Shown: positions 27,566 to 42,729 of the stretch, one piece after another
How positions within the stretch are numbered: position 1 is the first letter of the stretch
Layout of the letters: every line of letters starts with the position of its first letter
Position numbers and translations under genes: made by a program
DNA from: Octopus vulgaris
Lineage: Eukaryota
DNA: 64,000 bases
Direction: 5' to 3'
Assembly: GCA_951406725.2 (NCBI GenBank)
Contig: OX597819.1
Span: 116,932,001-116,996,000, forward strand
The notes under the pieces: generated by a model
The model's input: the letters and a program-made list of their open reading frames with translations, nothing else
The model's database searches: none
Told to the model about the DNA's origin: nothing

Positions 27566-30500
27566 GAAATGTACGCACACACACACAAAAGCACTCATAC
27601 ATGCACACACGCAGCCACACACACACTCATTCACTCGCATTTATATCTATATTTAATCATTTATATTGTTATAGATTGAAAGGATATAGCTCTAAATGCA
27701 GGCGATTGCGTAAATATACTGAGAGGTTAATTAGCAGATAGATGGGTGTATATATATGAATATAAAGACAGACGCACACACAGAGGCACACCTATAGATA
27801 CAAGCACACACATGCAAACATATACATGCAAGGAACACACACACACAAACACACACGCACGCAGTCTCAAACATACAGAGAAGAAGACATATACACATAT
27901 ATCATTAGCTCTAGGTAGACAACGTCTTAATTCACTGCGATATGTTCTTCGTCAGTTTAATCTGTGTAATTCATGTCCACTAAATCAATATTCAGCTTTG
28001 ACAAACTATACACAAGAGACCGGAAATTAACCTCATCATCGTTCTTGGATCTTCTATGGCACAATGCTGAAAGAACTTTTGATTCCTTATTAACATTGTA
28101 ACATATGAAGGTTGTCGGGAAATTAATGTGATTTTTCTGCTATACAGAATGAATATCATACTAAAGATCGTTATAAAATGCTTGAGTGAAATAATTTCGC
28201 TTCTTATCTATGAAGCCTTCCAATTATAAATATGAATGGGCGAATATTGATTTCTCTCATATGCTCAAGTCAAGTTTTGTATGAAAACGTGCAATAGGTA
28301 GAATCGAAATATAATAATTCCATCACTTGATAAGATTTGAACTCGTTGTGCATATACATTTTTATTCTAATGCTTAAGTTGACCTCCCAAGTTTCTCTGA
28401 TTGTAGTATATTCTATAGTGCGTTTCTCTATTCAAATGACGAGGTATTTCAGGAATTATATTTATCTTCCTGTATCCAGGTTCTCAGTATAGTTTCTCAC
28501 ACATTTGAATTCAGCAATCATCCGTCCGTTCAGCGTTGATAGAATGAGTATCATGAATATACTGATTTACTATGTGTATGTGGTATGATTTCATCATGCA
28601 TAGATCCATATCATCAGGAATATATACAGATGCAATGGATTTTAAGGTTAACAATATCAAATCTTTCTACTTGAAGGACTAAGAAGATTCTAACCTAATG
28701 AGTAAAATAAGATAAACACTTTCTACTCTGTGTATATGAAAAACGACTCCTTTCGCAGGAACTATACATATAAAAAGAAGAACCATACCATAAACATGGG
28801 AGCAATAAGTCGGTTGATCCCTCATATATATTGAGGTGGCAGGTCAGCTTCAAAAGATACAGCATGAAGTCAGCTAATGACTACAGGCTATCAAAGACCG
28901 GATTGTGGTTTTCTTTCCAAGCCGTGCCTCCTACAAATATCAACAAAAGCGCACATGTTTTTTCGCGTTTTATCGCTTTGAAAATATAGCCATCGTATTT
29001 CAAGCTGAATAACTTTCTGCTTTTTTTCTAACTAGTTTCCTCAATTATCAATTCCCCCTTATTCATCGTTCGTTGCTAAATTCTACCTAATCCGCTCTAA
29101 TCACTCGCTTCAGTCGAGGTAGAACAACAAAATAAATCTTGATATGATTTTACATCAGGTCACCGGTTCAAAACACAATATTATCATCAGAAGCCTTCTC
29201 GAGTCAGGTGCTCCATTTAGTACGGAGAGCTAAGCCGCCAATGAACTTCCGTTTGCCATCGACGTGTACTTGAATAAAATGTTAGGCAAATATTCTTTAT
29301 ATGATATATCTTATATCTACGTGTTTAATCTAAATATTTTATTAGGAATGGAAATGAAACATGACTAGTATTTCAACACAAACGCGTCCATTTGTTAAAA
29401 CTTCTTATACAAAGCGCATCTCATCCAATTGCGTCTGGACGGTACTACAACTCTCTTTTAAACCGACTGTATATTTATATTTCAATAAACAGCTTTTCCT
29501 ATACACAACCAAGCAAAAACATGTATATTTTCCCATTGAGATTATATAAAAGTATCTAATATCGTTGAATTATTTTGTTGCTGGAACTTGCTAATTTGAA
29601 GGTTGGAATGATTTGTTGGTAATGCTATATCCAGGTTTTTCTGTATGTTGCATTTTTAAATGCAGCACAAATCAACATTATTTATATTGTTTCACAAATG
29701 ATAATAATATGCAAGACCGAGAAGCACGCTATGTACTTCACGAAAACAATTCCTTTCTATCAGTTTTCAAGAAAACATCCTGTGTTAGAAAGAATAACTT
29801 CTTTATATTCTGAACTTTACACAATATTAAGCGTGAAGAATTTCAACTTTCTCAAAGTAACCATATTTAATACAGAATCATATTACGTAATGGGAAACAA
29901 AATTATCGATTGATTATTCCGTATTTTTGCGAGACTAAGGAAACATGTTCACTAAAGCAAATTTACTAGGTAAAACCTGAATGATACAGCATTGTCCTCT
30001 AAGTAATTGGTTGGATTATTCCATGATTACCAAAATAGCAAATCATTTAATATGAAATATTTAGTTGGCATAATGTCATGTAGCAGAAAATTAAGAGGAA
30101 AGCTAAAATTACTTTATACTCGAAATCTTTGATATGATTGTTCAAATTTTCTTCTCATCATTTCCTTTCAATGGCATGAATTAATTTAGTATACCGCAAT
30201 CATGTATTTAATAACGACAACCTTAATCTAATAACATGAATTGATGAAATAATTATGTATCTGATTTGGGATTTTCATACTGGATATAAATATCCTTTCC
30301 TGATGCAAGATATATGTGTATACATTAACTTATATGCAACTTTGAGAGAAACAACGCAGTAGTTTTTGTCGGACAACAGCGCTTCATTGGCAGCGCGTAT
30401 TAAAAATACAACGTATATCGGAATGAGACGAACGGCGTTCAATAGCTACACACTTGAACACCGAGTGGGCGTCACTCTCCTTTGGACATGTCAATGACAA

Positions 30501-32705
30501 GTACCCTGTAGTCACATATCTATAAAAAAATGCTACCTACGATATATATAGACAATACAAATAGTACGAAAAGCTTTTCAGTAAAAATGAAACAATATTA
30601 CTGTCGAAGAATTCTGCTTCCGTTGTGAGTATATGTTATCTTGGTAAGCTTTCTGTAATATCAATGTGTCGAGTGTCAATTTTCATTGACAATCCCCAAC
30701 AAAGGTGAACCGTTCTTCTTGCGATCACGCCAGTCGCTGCTTGGAAAATGATCGTCTCGCTCTAATATATATTGTGCTTTTAATAAAGCACATCAAGCAA
30801 CTGTTTTACTTTGAGAGAAATACCCACAGAATCATGTTTGTTAGTTGTGCTGATACGCAGATGGCATTTGTAATTTGATGTTGTCTCAATTTTTTAGACA
30901 AAGTTTAGTTTTTTAGCGCTTTGAAATCTGAAAAAGAATCTAGGAAAACTGTTATATGTGTAATCTCTGACCTGCTGTTGATTTACATCTACCTTTAACA
31001 AATAGAGTTTAAAAGCATGATATATAATTTATACAAAATAGAACATAGCTATGACATTGTAAACTGTGATTTTGTTTCAAAGAGTGTTATAATATTCAAT
31101 GCTCTGCTTTTATCTAAGAAACATTATTTACTTCATTGATTAAACATTACTTTAATTAATTAACAAAATGCATAGTAAACTAGATTTTCCTGATTGCATT
31201 TTAATGTAGTTTTAATTCTTTGAGTGTCATGAAAATTATTAAATAGTTGAAAAATCAATGAATTTAAAGAGAAAAGAATGCACAAAGATTCCATCATGTT
31301 CACGAAATTATGATTAAATCTCTTAGACACAATTTATAAGTTGTTTTTGTCTTTTTTTAAAAAATCTTCCACGTCCATTAACTATATTGAAATGCTGTAA
31401 AATCCGACACATCTGGAATATTCTGAATTCATCAAATAAATAACATAACTACAAAACAAATAGTGGCAGGAACTAATAAACATTTAAATGAAGAACACAC
31501 ATGCTAAGAGTAAAGAATTCAAATATATACGAATAAAACTTAACAGCTATTGCTGAAGCGAAATACAGTTTTTTTGTTCAAGTAAGAAGATATGTCTGAT
31601 AAATCAAACGTATTCCTTCCTCTCTAATGGAGAAAGTGAAAGCTTTTAAAAGCTTATTTTAAAAATTTTGTCGATAATTCCCATATGCAAGATGTGTTCG
31701 AGATAAATGCAAATGCTTTCATTTGAAACAAACAAAATTTTAAAAAATTAAAAATAAATATCTTGTTGTAGGCTAAATATTTAATTTATTAAAAGTTAAA
31801 GTTTTAAGTCTACGCCCTATAATGAATTTTGTGTTTATTCAATTCATTTTAAATACGCAAATTTAAAAGAGTATTCCACTTCACTTACTGAACGCACAAC
31901 AACTATAATTACTGAAGCGAATGTTAAATTGCAAATTAGATGGTGATGATGTTTTTGCTTCCTTTATATGTATCTCTCCCCGCTCTCTCTCTTTCTCTCT
32001 AGCTTTCTCTCTCTCTGTCTCTCATCTTATAGATCAAGCACCTGGGTAAAGTTAATCTATTGTAATTAATGATTCCATAGCATATGCTCTATTTAATAAT
32101 TCTATTAATATATATTGTTCGCCATCTCTACGTCTATTTCGATTTTTCCATCTATTCTCAATGCCTTCTCAATTAACCCATCTTCCCCTCTTCCACGCTA
32201 ATCAATATCTATCAGAAAACAGAATACTAGTCAACAATAAAGTGCCTTAAGTCATCTGACAATTGCTTAAGTTACGAACTGCTACGACACCCAAAATATC
32301 CTCACTATATTATTAAATATATTAATGAGAAAGGATCTTTTAGATCAGAATTACGGTTTCATTGCATACCACAGTATCTCGACCATCTGAGTTCTGAAGT
32401 CAAAGCCTATATTGCCTATTACCTATATGCAGCTATTACAAAAGAAATCAATAAAAAATGGAGGATTACTAGATATGTAAGTAATTCGGAGCGGATGCCT
32501 TCAAATACATCAAGCTGCTTGCATGGTTTTGTGAGTTCAAACCCTACCAAAAACACTTGATTGGTAGACTTAAAGCATCGCCTACGTTAACGCTCTATCT
32601 CAAAACTCGGGTGCCTTTAGTGGTGTTCTCTTTGTTGCGAGCATTTTGACCAAGTTGTTGGTTTTATGATACGTTCCTTGTAAACCCCCATCAATCTCAG
32701 ACGTC

Positions 32706-32789
32706 TTTTAATGCATTTCTTACTGACTAAAACATTTTAATGCATTTCTTACTGACTAAAAGATTTTAATGCATTTCTTACTGACTAAA
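32706..32789 (+). repeat. 29 bp tandem repeat, 3 copies
   Basis: TTTTAATGCATTTCTTACTGACTAAA(ASA) three times. Confidence 0.95.
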
Positions 32790-33410
32790 TAATTCGCATA
32801 GACTTACCGCCAATACAGAAGTGAAATATTAGAATCTTGGTTTATGTATGAAGTAAAACCAATCAATAGAAAAGTATGGAGACTTTAACCAGGTTTTGAA
32901 CGGATGCTGAAGTAACACCTTATTCATGTGATTAGTTTCTAGAAAGATAATTGCCAGTATCCTAATAATAGAACCCAATTTCCAGGAAATAATTTGCTAT
33001 GAGGTTGAGAAGACTAATTAGTTCTTTTCTGAGTCAGCATGTTATTTCTGATAGAGATATTTCAAGTGGAGATTATTTGATACTGATTCAGGCTCTAAAT
33101 CAGTACGTAAGTTTTAACAGAGTAATAAAGATAATCAATTCAATAAAAGTAAATTGCATTCTATAATGGTAAATCTTCAAGGGTATATTCTTCAAAGGAT
33201 GTTCTTATTTAGTGATCAACTTATATCTATAAAATTAGAGGAATAGATAATGAGCTAGAGGGTCTCATCAAAAATTGACACAGTTGCAGTTTTTTTTACC
33301 CTTGTGGAGAACGTCATATTCGTTGTCGTACACTTTCAATAAAATTCACCGGTATTACAGTCTGTATTGATGACCAAGCATATAAACTAACAATTGTTTC
33401 TGATACTATA

Positions 33411-33819
33411 TACTCTTTTACTCTTTTACTTGTTTCAGTCATTTGACTGCGGCCATGCTGGAGCACCGCCTTTAGTCGAGCAAATCGACCCCGGGACTTA
33501 TTCTTTGTAAGCCCAGTACTTATTCTATCGATCTCTTTTGCCGAACCGCTAAGTGACGGGGACGTAAACACACCAGCATCGGTTGTCAAGCAATGCTAGG
33601 GGGACAAAAACAGACACACAAACACACACATACACATATATACATATACATATATACGACAGGCTTCTTTCAGTTTCCGTCTACCAATTCCACTCACAAG
33701 GCATTGGTCGGCCAGGGGCTATAGCAGAAGACACTCGCCCAAGATGCCACGCAGTGGGACTGAACCCGGAACCATGTGGTTGGTTAGCAAGCTACTTACA
33801 ACACAGCCACTCCTGCGCC
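33411..33819 (-). mobile_element. SINE family A, full length
   Basis: Reverse complement of 21686-22110. Confidence 0.93.
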
Positions 33820-33873
33820 TATATGTATATTTTCAATCAAACATTGCATTAAACTAATTTCATATTTATTAGC

Positions 33874-34342
33874 TTGTTGTGTTGTTGTGACCCCCGTCGG
33901 TCATGAATGACCATGGAAGTTACCTTCCGAGACACAAGTCTGGGCAAGGTTGTTTATGGAAGACCAGCAGTCGCCCACGCATACCAGCCTCCCCTCTCCA
34001 CGCCACCGATGTTATCGATGGCGTGGAGGAGGGCAACAGCCGATAAAGCCGTCGCAGCTCATTTATTAACGTGCAAGTGGCCGAGCATTTCACAGACACG
34101 TGTACCCTTAACATAGTTCTCGCGGAGTTTCAGCGTGACACAGAGTGTGAGAAGGCTGGCCCTTTGAAATACAGGTACAAGAGAAAGAAGAAGAAAGAGT
34201 GAGAGAAAGTTATGGTGAAATAGTACAGTAGAGTTCACCACCACACCTGCCGGAGTTTGTGGAGCTTTAGGTCTGGGAATCGAAATCGCGATCCTACGAC
34301 CGCGAGTCCGCTGCCCTAACTACTGGGCCATTGCGCCTCCAC
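33874..34342 (-). mobile_element. Composite SINE (family C head, middle domain, family B tail) with 10 bp TSD
   Basis: ATTTATTAGC at 33864-33873 and 34343-34352; (CAACA)n-like tail. Confidence 0.88.
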
Positions 34343-34544
34343 ATTTATTAGCAAAAACCCATATAAATTTCAAGCGTGTGAAGTTTCTTACAATTTAAAG
34401 TAGTTCTTATCACTGGATGAATATCTATTTTGCTGTGTCGTACTGTTAAATCACATTTCGTGTAGCCAGGTTGTACATCAAATTTTCGTGGTCACGATTA
34501 ATGTTAAATTTTCAATCTGATCATTATTTTCTCCTTCCTTGTTA

Positions 34545-34685
34545 TAAGGTTGTCCCAAAAGTTCGTAGAAAGTCTTGGAAAATAATGGTCTTTATTTTGA
34601 GGAATAATTTTTGTTGTTTCTGTTAGTACTTGGCGAGTAAAAATTCAATTTTCGCAAGTGTTTACGAACTTTTGGGACAACCTAA
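34545..34685. mobile_element. Mariner-type MITE, ~140 bp
   Basis: Perfect 21 bp inverted repeat AGGTTGTCCCAAAAGTTCGTA (34547-34567 and 34663-34683) with TA on both flanks. Confidence 0.9.
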
Positions 34686-35484
34686 TATTATCATTAAATT
34701 ATAGAACACCGGACACCATAATTTACACAACATTCTTTTGTTGATAGTATTTAGTATGACTAAACTTTTATAGTAAATTATTAGAGAAGAAATGTATTGA
34801 AACAGAAACCAACATAGTTTCCAACTACATTAATAGATACTGCACATCTGGATTTGTATTTCCATATTTCCATATTTGAAACATAATAATTCACTTATGT
34901 ATTTCGCACAAACGCTAGAGCTATCGATCTATGTTTTGGTTTAATAGCGCTAACGTTTTAATGTCTTAGATATTGGCAGAAGTACAGTACCCATAAGGAT
35001 TTCCAATGCTTATCCAATTGCAGGAAACGCAAGAAGACCCGATATATCTGCTGTTCTCTAATATGCAAACAAGCACAAGAGCATATTGCAAAATGGAACC
35101 CTATCAACTGCCATCAATCATAGAATGGTATTAATCCAGCTGGCGATTTGAGCTGCAAAAACCTACATATGAGAAAAGAGATTTTCAAGCGACATATGAA
35201 TACTGCTGAAAAGTTAAGAAGCCCAGCACAGAACCAAAAGGAACTTGCATTCAAAACCGTTATCTAATGAGTTATAAACGGGTTTTCCAAAACACTAAAC
35301 ATCAAAATGGTCGGTGCTCTTCAGTAAGATGGGAAGCAAACGAGAAGTTACAAGCACCAAATACAAGGGTCAACGTTAATAAATAATCACCATATTTGCA
35401 TTTGAACCTACCGGAAACTGTCAAGAAAGATTATTTAGATCATCGTTAACTTCTTGCTGTGTCCTGTATACACGATAAGTGGAT

Positions 35485-35792
35485 TTTCGATTCTTTACGA
35501 CAGCATGGGTTCCAATTGATCCGATCGACGGAAATTGATGCTCGTGAAATTAATGTTCAGGTGACTGACCACCTTACACAAACGCGTACCCTTAACGAAG
35601 TTCTCGGGGAAATTCAGCATAAACATAATGTGACAAAGCTGGCCTGTGTGAAATATAGCTATAAACATTTTCGTCAGTTGAGTGAACTGGAGCAATGTAA
35701 AATAGTATCTTTCTCAAGGATGTAACACATCGCCAGGAATCGAACTCACGACCAGAAACTAAATAATCTCACCACTAAGCCTTGGGCCATCG
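35485..35792 (-). mobile_element. Diverged tRNA-derived SINE (family B-like head and centre plus the middle domain of the 34 kb SINE)
   Basis: B box GAGTTCGATTCC; TTGCTCCAGTTCACTCA; GAGAACTTCGTTAAGGGTACGCGT. Confidence 0.75.
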
Positions 35793-37051
35793 TATACATA
35801 ACGTAGTAAGTAATGTACTATTTTACTGTTATTGTTTATTCTTTTAGGGGTTGAAGAATTTCTGTAATAGGAAAATATTAAAATGTAATAATTGAATATA
35901 AGAGATATTAAATCTCATTTGAATACATAATTTCTTTTATATTTTCTTAATTATTTTTAAACTGTACTCTGTTTTGAGATAAAGAGCTGTGTTACATCAA
36001 TGGTGAATATTTTTTCTTATTTCTCTGACTATTATTAAATACTTTAAGCTGACAAGTAAATAGAAATACATACGTTTAGTTTTAGACTCGGACGGCTACG
36101 CTAAGGAATATTACACACGTATAATATGTAGTGAAGTATATATAATAACTATTACCCAAACGTCCAATAACGCTTAAACTAGCTTAGATATATGTAATTA
36201 TAAACATGAACATAAAGATAGTAAGAACATTTTTCCCAACATTTCTATTTCGAATGTTGTATGCGTTTTACAACATCTAACATAAACAGGATGTTTTAAC
36301 TCATTAAAAAAAAGAGAAAACAAAACTACAGGGCGAAACTAGTCGTAGCATGCGTGTAAATTGATCGCTTCATGTTTCATTACGTGTGCATGTATTCCGA
36401 TTACCGAAGGAAGATCAGATATAATTAACTCAATGAATCAAAAAAGTAAGATATCGCACATCCAAGGTATGTATATCCCGTAGCCATGGCATAATATTCA
36501 CAGGGAGAACAGTAATTTACTTTAACAGAGAATCCAATCTGAAATTACGTAAATTTCCTTAAAAAGAACTTTTTCCTTATTCAATATGAAATATTAAGCA
36601 ATATGTGCAATATAGGCTCAATATATAAGATTATTACCTTTCTCAAACATACTATTTTGAACCAAAATTAGTTTCTGAAACACAACATCGATGCTGGAAT
36701 AATTCTCATTAGTTCAACCTGTCAATAGCATGCAAATCGATCGAAAGTATATAGTTCTTAATTAACAAACCACGTAGCTTATTATCTATCATATAAGGTT
36801 TAGGCCAGTTAATAAAATCAAAAACAATTTCAGTTAAATATCTCTTCTAATACAAAATAATATTCGGCTCATCGATAGTTCAGTCGTTCCTTTCACATGA
36901 TTTAAGATATTGATCAAATAACAATGAAGAAAGGCGGGATGTGTTTCATTAAAATTAACAAAACATAAAAGCAATGCCGTCATTAACTACCAATATATTT
37001 TACTACACACACATACACTCACAGACAGATACGCACAGACACATATATATA

Positions 37052-37690
37052 TGGTGACTTTACCTACCCTGAAATGGATAGGTTAACTTTTCGTTGGCTG
37101 CAAAATGCAGACGATTTCCTTGATGTAGTGCTTGATGCAAACTCTTCCCAAGTAATCACATCTCCCACAAGAGGTAACAATATTTTGGACTTGATCTTTA
37201 CCACCACTCCTGAAACTGTTATCAGTGTTACGGCCAAAGAAACCGTAGGCGACTCCGGTCATTCTCTGATCATCGCCAATCTGTCTCTTTGGAGGTGGTG
37301 GTGCTTCTGGAACAAGCAAGACTGGAACTGTTACCGTGATGAGTTGCATCGCCCAACTGATTCTCAGTTTACTATTCCGGGTCCGTCAATACTATTTTGC
37401 AAGATATCACCCGTGCAATCTGGGCTGTATGGGAAGCATCACTACCACACGAACACTCTAAAAATAGAAAAAAAGGGCAATTTGAGAGACTACAGTAGTT
37501 CGACTTGCCACAACACATCGCCTAAAAGCTGAGGAGAAATATAGACAGCATAAAACAGATGAGAATAAAAGAAGACTCAATAGATTATCCACCCATCTCA
37601 AGCAAGTGACAAAAAAGGCAGCGCTTGAGTTTAGAAAAAGTATAGCTACCAATACCGACAGTAAAATGTTCTGAAAATAGGTACGTTTGA
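37052..37690 (+). pseudogene. Decayed CR1/L2-type LINE APE endonuclease fragment
   Basis: GDFTYP...QVITSPTRGNNILDLIFT...SGHSLI. Confidence 0.8.
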
Positions 37691-37744
37691 GTCAAAGGTC
37701 TCCCTCTCCTATTGGCTCCCTTTACAATCCCCACAGAGATCAGA

Positions 37745-37910
37745 TCGCTGTTTCTCTCCTTGTTTATTTTCTGTGTCCCTTTCTGTAGAAGAGCATAGGC
37801 TCGAAACGTAAAAGACTTTTTCAATTCCTGAGAATTATACTAATATATCTGTTTGTTTTGTACACCACTTGTCTTCGTCTTTTGTTTTTTCGTGAACTCT
37901 CCCCATATAT
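37745..37910 (+). repeat. PLE-terminal-like dispersed repeat, also at 14050-14190 and 10765-10830
   Basis: CCCTTTCTGTAGAAGAGCATAGGCTCGAAACGTAAAAGACTTTT compared with CCCTTTCTGTCGATGAACGTAGGCGCGCAAATTTAAAGACTTTT at ~14088. Confidence 0.6.
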
Positions 37911-38097
37911 CACACGCTCACGTGGTCGCACCAGTTGATCCTGTTATTTCTTATCTCACACGAACTTCTCCACTGGACTTTCTACCTATCTACCCTTTAC
38001 GGATTCTCTTTTGGACATGTTACATTCCGGTTGCACCTCTCCCACCTACGGATCACTGTGGACTCTACTCTCTCTGTTTGTCTGTCTGTCTGTCTGA

Positions 38098-38139
<42 letters not shown>

Positions 38140-38208
38140 GGGTATATACATATTTAGACATATATAGAGATGTCTGGCTATATACATGTATATATATAAT
38201 ACATATAA

Positions 38209-38263
<55 letters not shown>

Positions 38264-38717
38264 TATATATATATATTCATATACATAAATATAGTGTGAG
38301 AGAGGAAGGGAGAAAGAGCGTGAGAGGGAAGAGAAGAGAGAGGGGGGAGATGCAGGAAGTGACATAAAGAAAGAAAATGTACGAAAAATGCAGTAAGAGA
38401 ATGAAATTGAAATATAGTGGGAAATAATATTTCTCATATGGTTGATCAAACCCAACTTTCCTATGGGAAATCAACCAAAAATTATATTTATAAGTTTTAA
38501 AATTTGATTTGATATCGAAAAACTGGTGAGGAAATGAATCTCGTCACGAAATGCACATAGCTTTACATGTTTACACAGTTTAACTCATATTCACTCTACC
38601 ACCGAAGCATATTCACATTACTAAGTATTACATATTTTCGCACTGACACACTTGCGATACATACATGCATACAAGCATACATACACACACACATACATAC
38701 ATACATACATACATACA

Positions 38718-38751
<34 letters not shown>

Positions 38752-38785
38752 CATACATACATACATATATACATACATACATACA

Positions 38786-38823
<38 letters not shown>

Positions 38824-38923
38824 TATATATATACATATATATACACATACATAAATATATTATTCATCTATCTATATCAATATCTATCTACCCATCTTTC
38901 TCTTCTCTCTCTGTCTTTCTGTT

Positions 38924-38980
<57 letters not shown>

Positions 38981-41481
38981 AAAAAAGTTGATTCATGAGC
39001 GCACGCGAAGAGATATGTTATAATTTTTAAATCTATATAATGTCTGAATTTACCTAAATTTATCTTCCTCTCGCTCTCCCTCTTGCTATGGACACACATA
39101 TGCACCCCGGAATATGCATCCCAATCTGTGCGTACGTACAAATGCATATGCTTTTCCACATATTCAATCAGAATGTGATTAGAATTTATGATGACGGAAA
39201 TATCCTATTATATTAAAACGTCTAGGTGTAACTTTATGTGAAAAAATTATTGTATAAGCTAAATATTTTATTCTAAACTGCTTCCATTTAGTCTAATGTA
39301 TGATTTATCGCGGAAACGATTAAGGAGTTGTAAATAACTACTATGATGTTGCGGTTGGTGGGTGGATTTTGCTTTACTTCTCCATTTTTTGCAATCGAAG
39401 TAGTGGGTTTAATGTGTGTATAGAGGAAAATACATTTCCTTATCGTAGTATATTATACTGTCAAAATTGAACATCGCTGTGTATCTGTTTCTATAATATC
39501 ATATAATAGGAGCGAAATTATAAATCGTACAAATAAAGAAAATATCCAAGGATCTATGAAAGTTCTCTGGGAGCCATATACTAAATTTTTTTGAGACAGC
39601 CTTACAACATATATGCGCATGTAGGTACGTATGTAGGATTTGCTGTCTCCGTGTTTTCAGATATGTAAGCAGGCATTTAGGAATCTATGCATTTATTTAT
39701 GTGCGCAGTAACACATGAAACTATGGTCTCAAATTTATGATTTTGCTCCTATATGTAATTCCATCTGTTTATTCCTGTGTTTTTATTATACAGATGTGTA
39801 AAACAAAATATTTCTTTATTCCCTGATTCAAAGCTTAGTTAGAATTTCAATTTAGTATATAACGCCTCCTTTATTAATGGAAAATAGAAACAAATTTTCA
39901 GTAGCATACTGTTCATATATATTCCTATATACATATACGTATGTACATATATGCATACATACGTATTTTGCTTGATATACGGTAACATGCATATGTGCTG
40001 CTGCAGATGCTAAGAAGCAGAAATCTACCGCCAGTAATTCCAGATTTGCCTGCTTCCGATTGGTTTCTCTGTTTGAATAGCTTTGAAGATAATTCCACAA
40101 GTGGATTACTGTAGTTTAGTAAGGTTTCTAACGCATACACAATATATACACAATACAATTTCTAGGGAGGGAGTAATTCGATTATATCGACTCCAGTGCT
40201 CAACCAGCAATTATTTTCTTTATTCCGAAAGTATTGAAAGGCAGAATCGTGTTCGGTGAAATTTAAACTCAGAACTCAGACGTGCTGTGCTAGCACTTCT
40301 GCTATATCGACGCTTTTACTTCAATATATACTAATAAAATGATCGCAAGAGACCGAGTAAGTTATGTAGGAACAACTTAACCAAATATCCACTGATAGTA
40401 AAAATGAAATAAAATATTTATTTGTTAGACAAAAAATATTTTTTTGCAATATTTAAAAACATACAAATATACTAGAGCATATATTCTTGCACCTTTTTTC
40501 CCATATAATATACCACCTCTAATTTGTTGTCTTTCATAATTAAGGGTTATTGCATTTACTGTCAATGGTGTTAGTGCTACATCACGGCAGCAATCTCTTT
40601 ACATTTTTGTTTGCGCTTGTGTGCAATAACAACTTGGTTTTTCTCATATCTTCAGCAACGAACATTTTAATTGTCTCTATTGTAATTTTTATTATATACT
40701 GAGATAAGTTATGATGTTATATATATTTTGTATAATACAGCATTAATATTGAATTCTATTATTTTCTGATATTTTACAGTTTTTATATTGATATATTGTA
40801 GGTCTTTCATTCTGATAAAATATATCATCAATTTCTAAATTCTGGCACTCATTGACTAGAATTTGCTTCTTCCGAGACAAATAGTAGTCCACAACTTGCT
40901 TAGGTAGATCACAACTTGCTATTAATAAATTCTCCGCGTTTTGGTGTCTCTACCATTTCGCAGAATTTCTCTTACACTTTTAAATTTCAATTTCATCCTC
41001 ATATGACTCGTAATTATATGTTTCTATAATCATTTTACTGGGTTCAACCTGACGTTCTAGCTACGCTGGGATAACCACATTAATACTAAAGTAGTTTATT
41101 TCAAACCCACTTACCAGCACTTACTGGATATGGTTTTGATGATGGACAAAAGTGATCTTTTTGCCCCAAATGTACATTAAACTGGAATCTCATATAAAGA
41201 AAAAAATTGCTATCTCTACTTTGAACTGATCCATTTCTGCTACTCGTATATGAATTGTATGTTATGGCAAGGAAGTGAAATGATATGAGTTCTTGACCCC
41301 AAACCCTTACATAGTTGGTTATTGAAAATATGTAATTCTATTGATAACTTAAAAAATCAAGAGCGGATAAAAATTAGACAGAAAGTTGTTTCTTATATAT
41401 GTATAACTGTATAACCGAATAATTACCTTTCTTAAAGTTTCAGTTAAATATCCCTGATCATTTTCTTCATTCATACATATA

Positions 41482-41594
41482 TACGAAGGGCTTCTTTCAG
41501 TTTCCGTCTACCAAATCCACTCACGAGACTTTGGTCGGCCCCAGAACCATGTGGTTGGTAAGTAAGCTACTTACCTCACAGCCACTCCTGTGCC
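41482..41594 (-). mobile_element. SINE family A 5' half, internally deleted
   Basis: Matches the head of 33660-33819. Confidence 0.8.
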
Positions 41595-42219
41595 CATTTA
41601 ATAAACTCTTAATTTATAAACTAGCATATAAATTCATAGATTTATATGTATGTACATACTTCATATGAGTGTATATAGCTGTGTAAAAAAAGAACGTACA
41701 AAATTACATATATGTGAGTGATAATATCTGATTTGTTGCGCGCCTCTCTCTCTCAGAAAACGTTAGCCCTATACAATTCACATATACATAAACGGAGCTT
41801 TTTAGACTTTTGCCAAGAATTTTAATGTACATTATTTTAATTGTGATATGTCCATAGCTGAGATGTTTATGGATATCTATGTACCAATATATTTGCAATA
41901 AACATGAACGCACACTCAACATACACACAGAGACACACAGGCACACACATAATTTTAATGTTGTAAAATTACTTTAATCTCAATGCATACATTTCTACCA
42001 ATCTGAATTTTGTCGTATAATTTTCGTCTTTGTTTCTATATAGTTTTGCGTTCAGACGGTTAGTTAAAACTATATGTTTATAGTCTGCTATTTTTTTGCC
42101 ATTACCAATATAAGTGCATGCATTTAACAGCTTAAATTTTATATTATAGATTGCTACATATTCGAATATTCACTAAAGTGTGACCATATTTGTATGTATA
42201 TATGTGTATGCATATTTAC

Positions 42220-42528
<309 letters not shown>

Positions 42529-42673
42529 TATATATATGTATATATATATATATATATATACATATATGTGTGTGTATATATACACACATATATATATATA
42601 TATATATATATTCATATATGTATGTTTTTATGTATGTATTTCATTATGTATCTACATATGAATGTATGTATGC

Positions 42674-42729
<56 letters not shown>

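Noticed and set aside
32706-32789. 29 bp repeats as a CRISPR-like array
   Set aside because: No unique spacers and a eukaryotic context; simple tandem triplication
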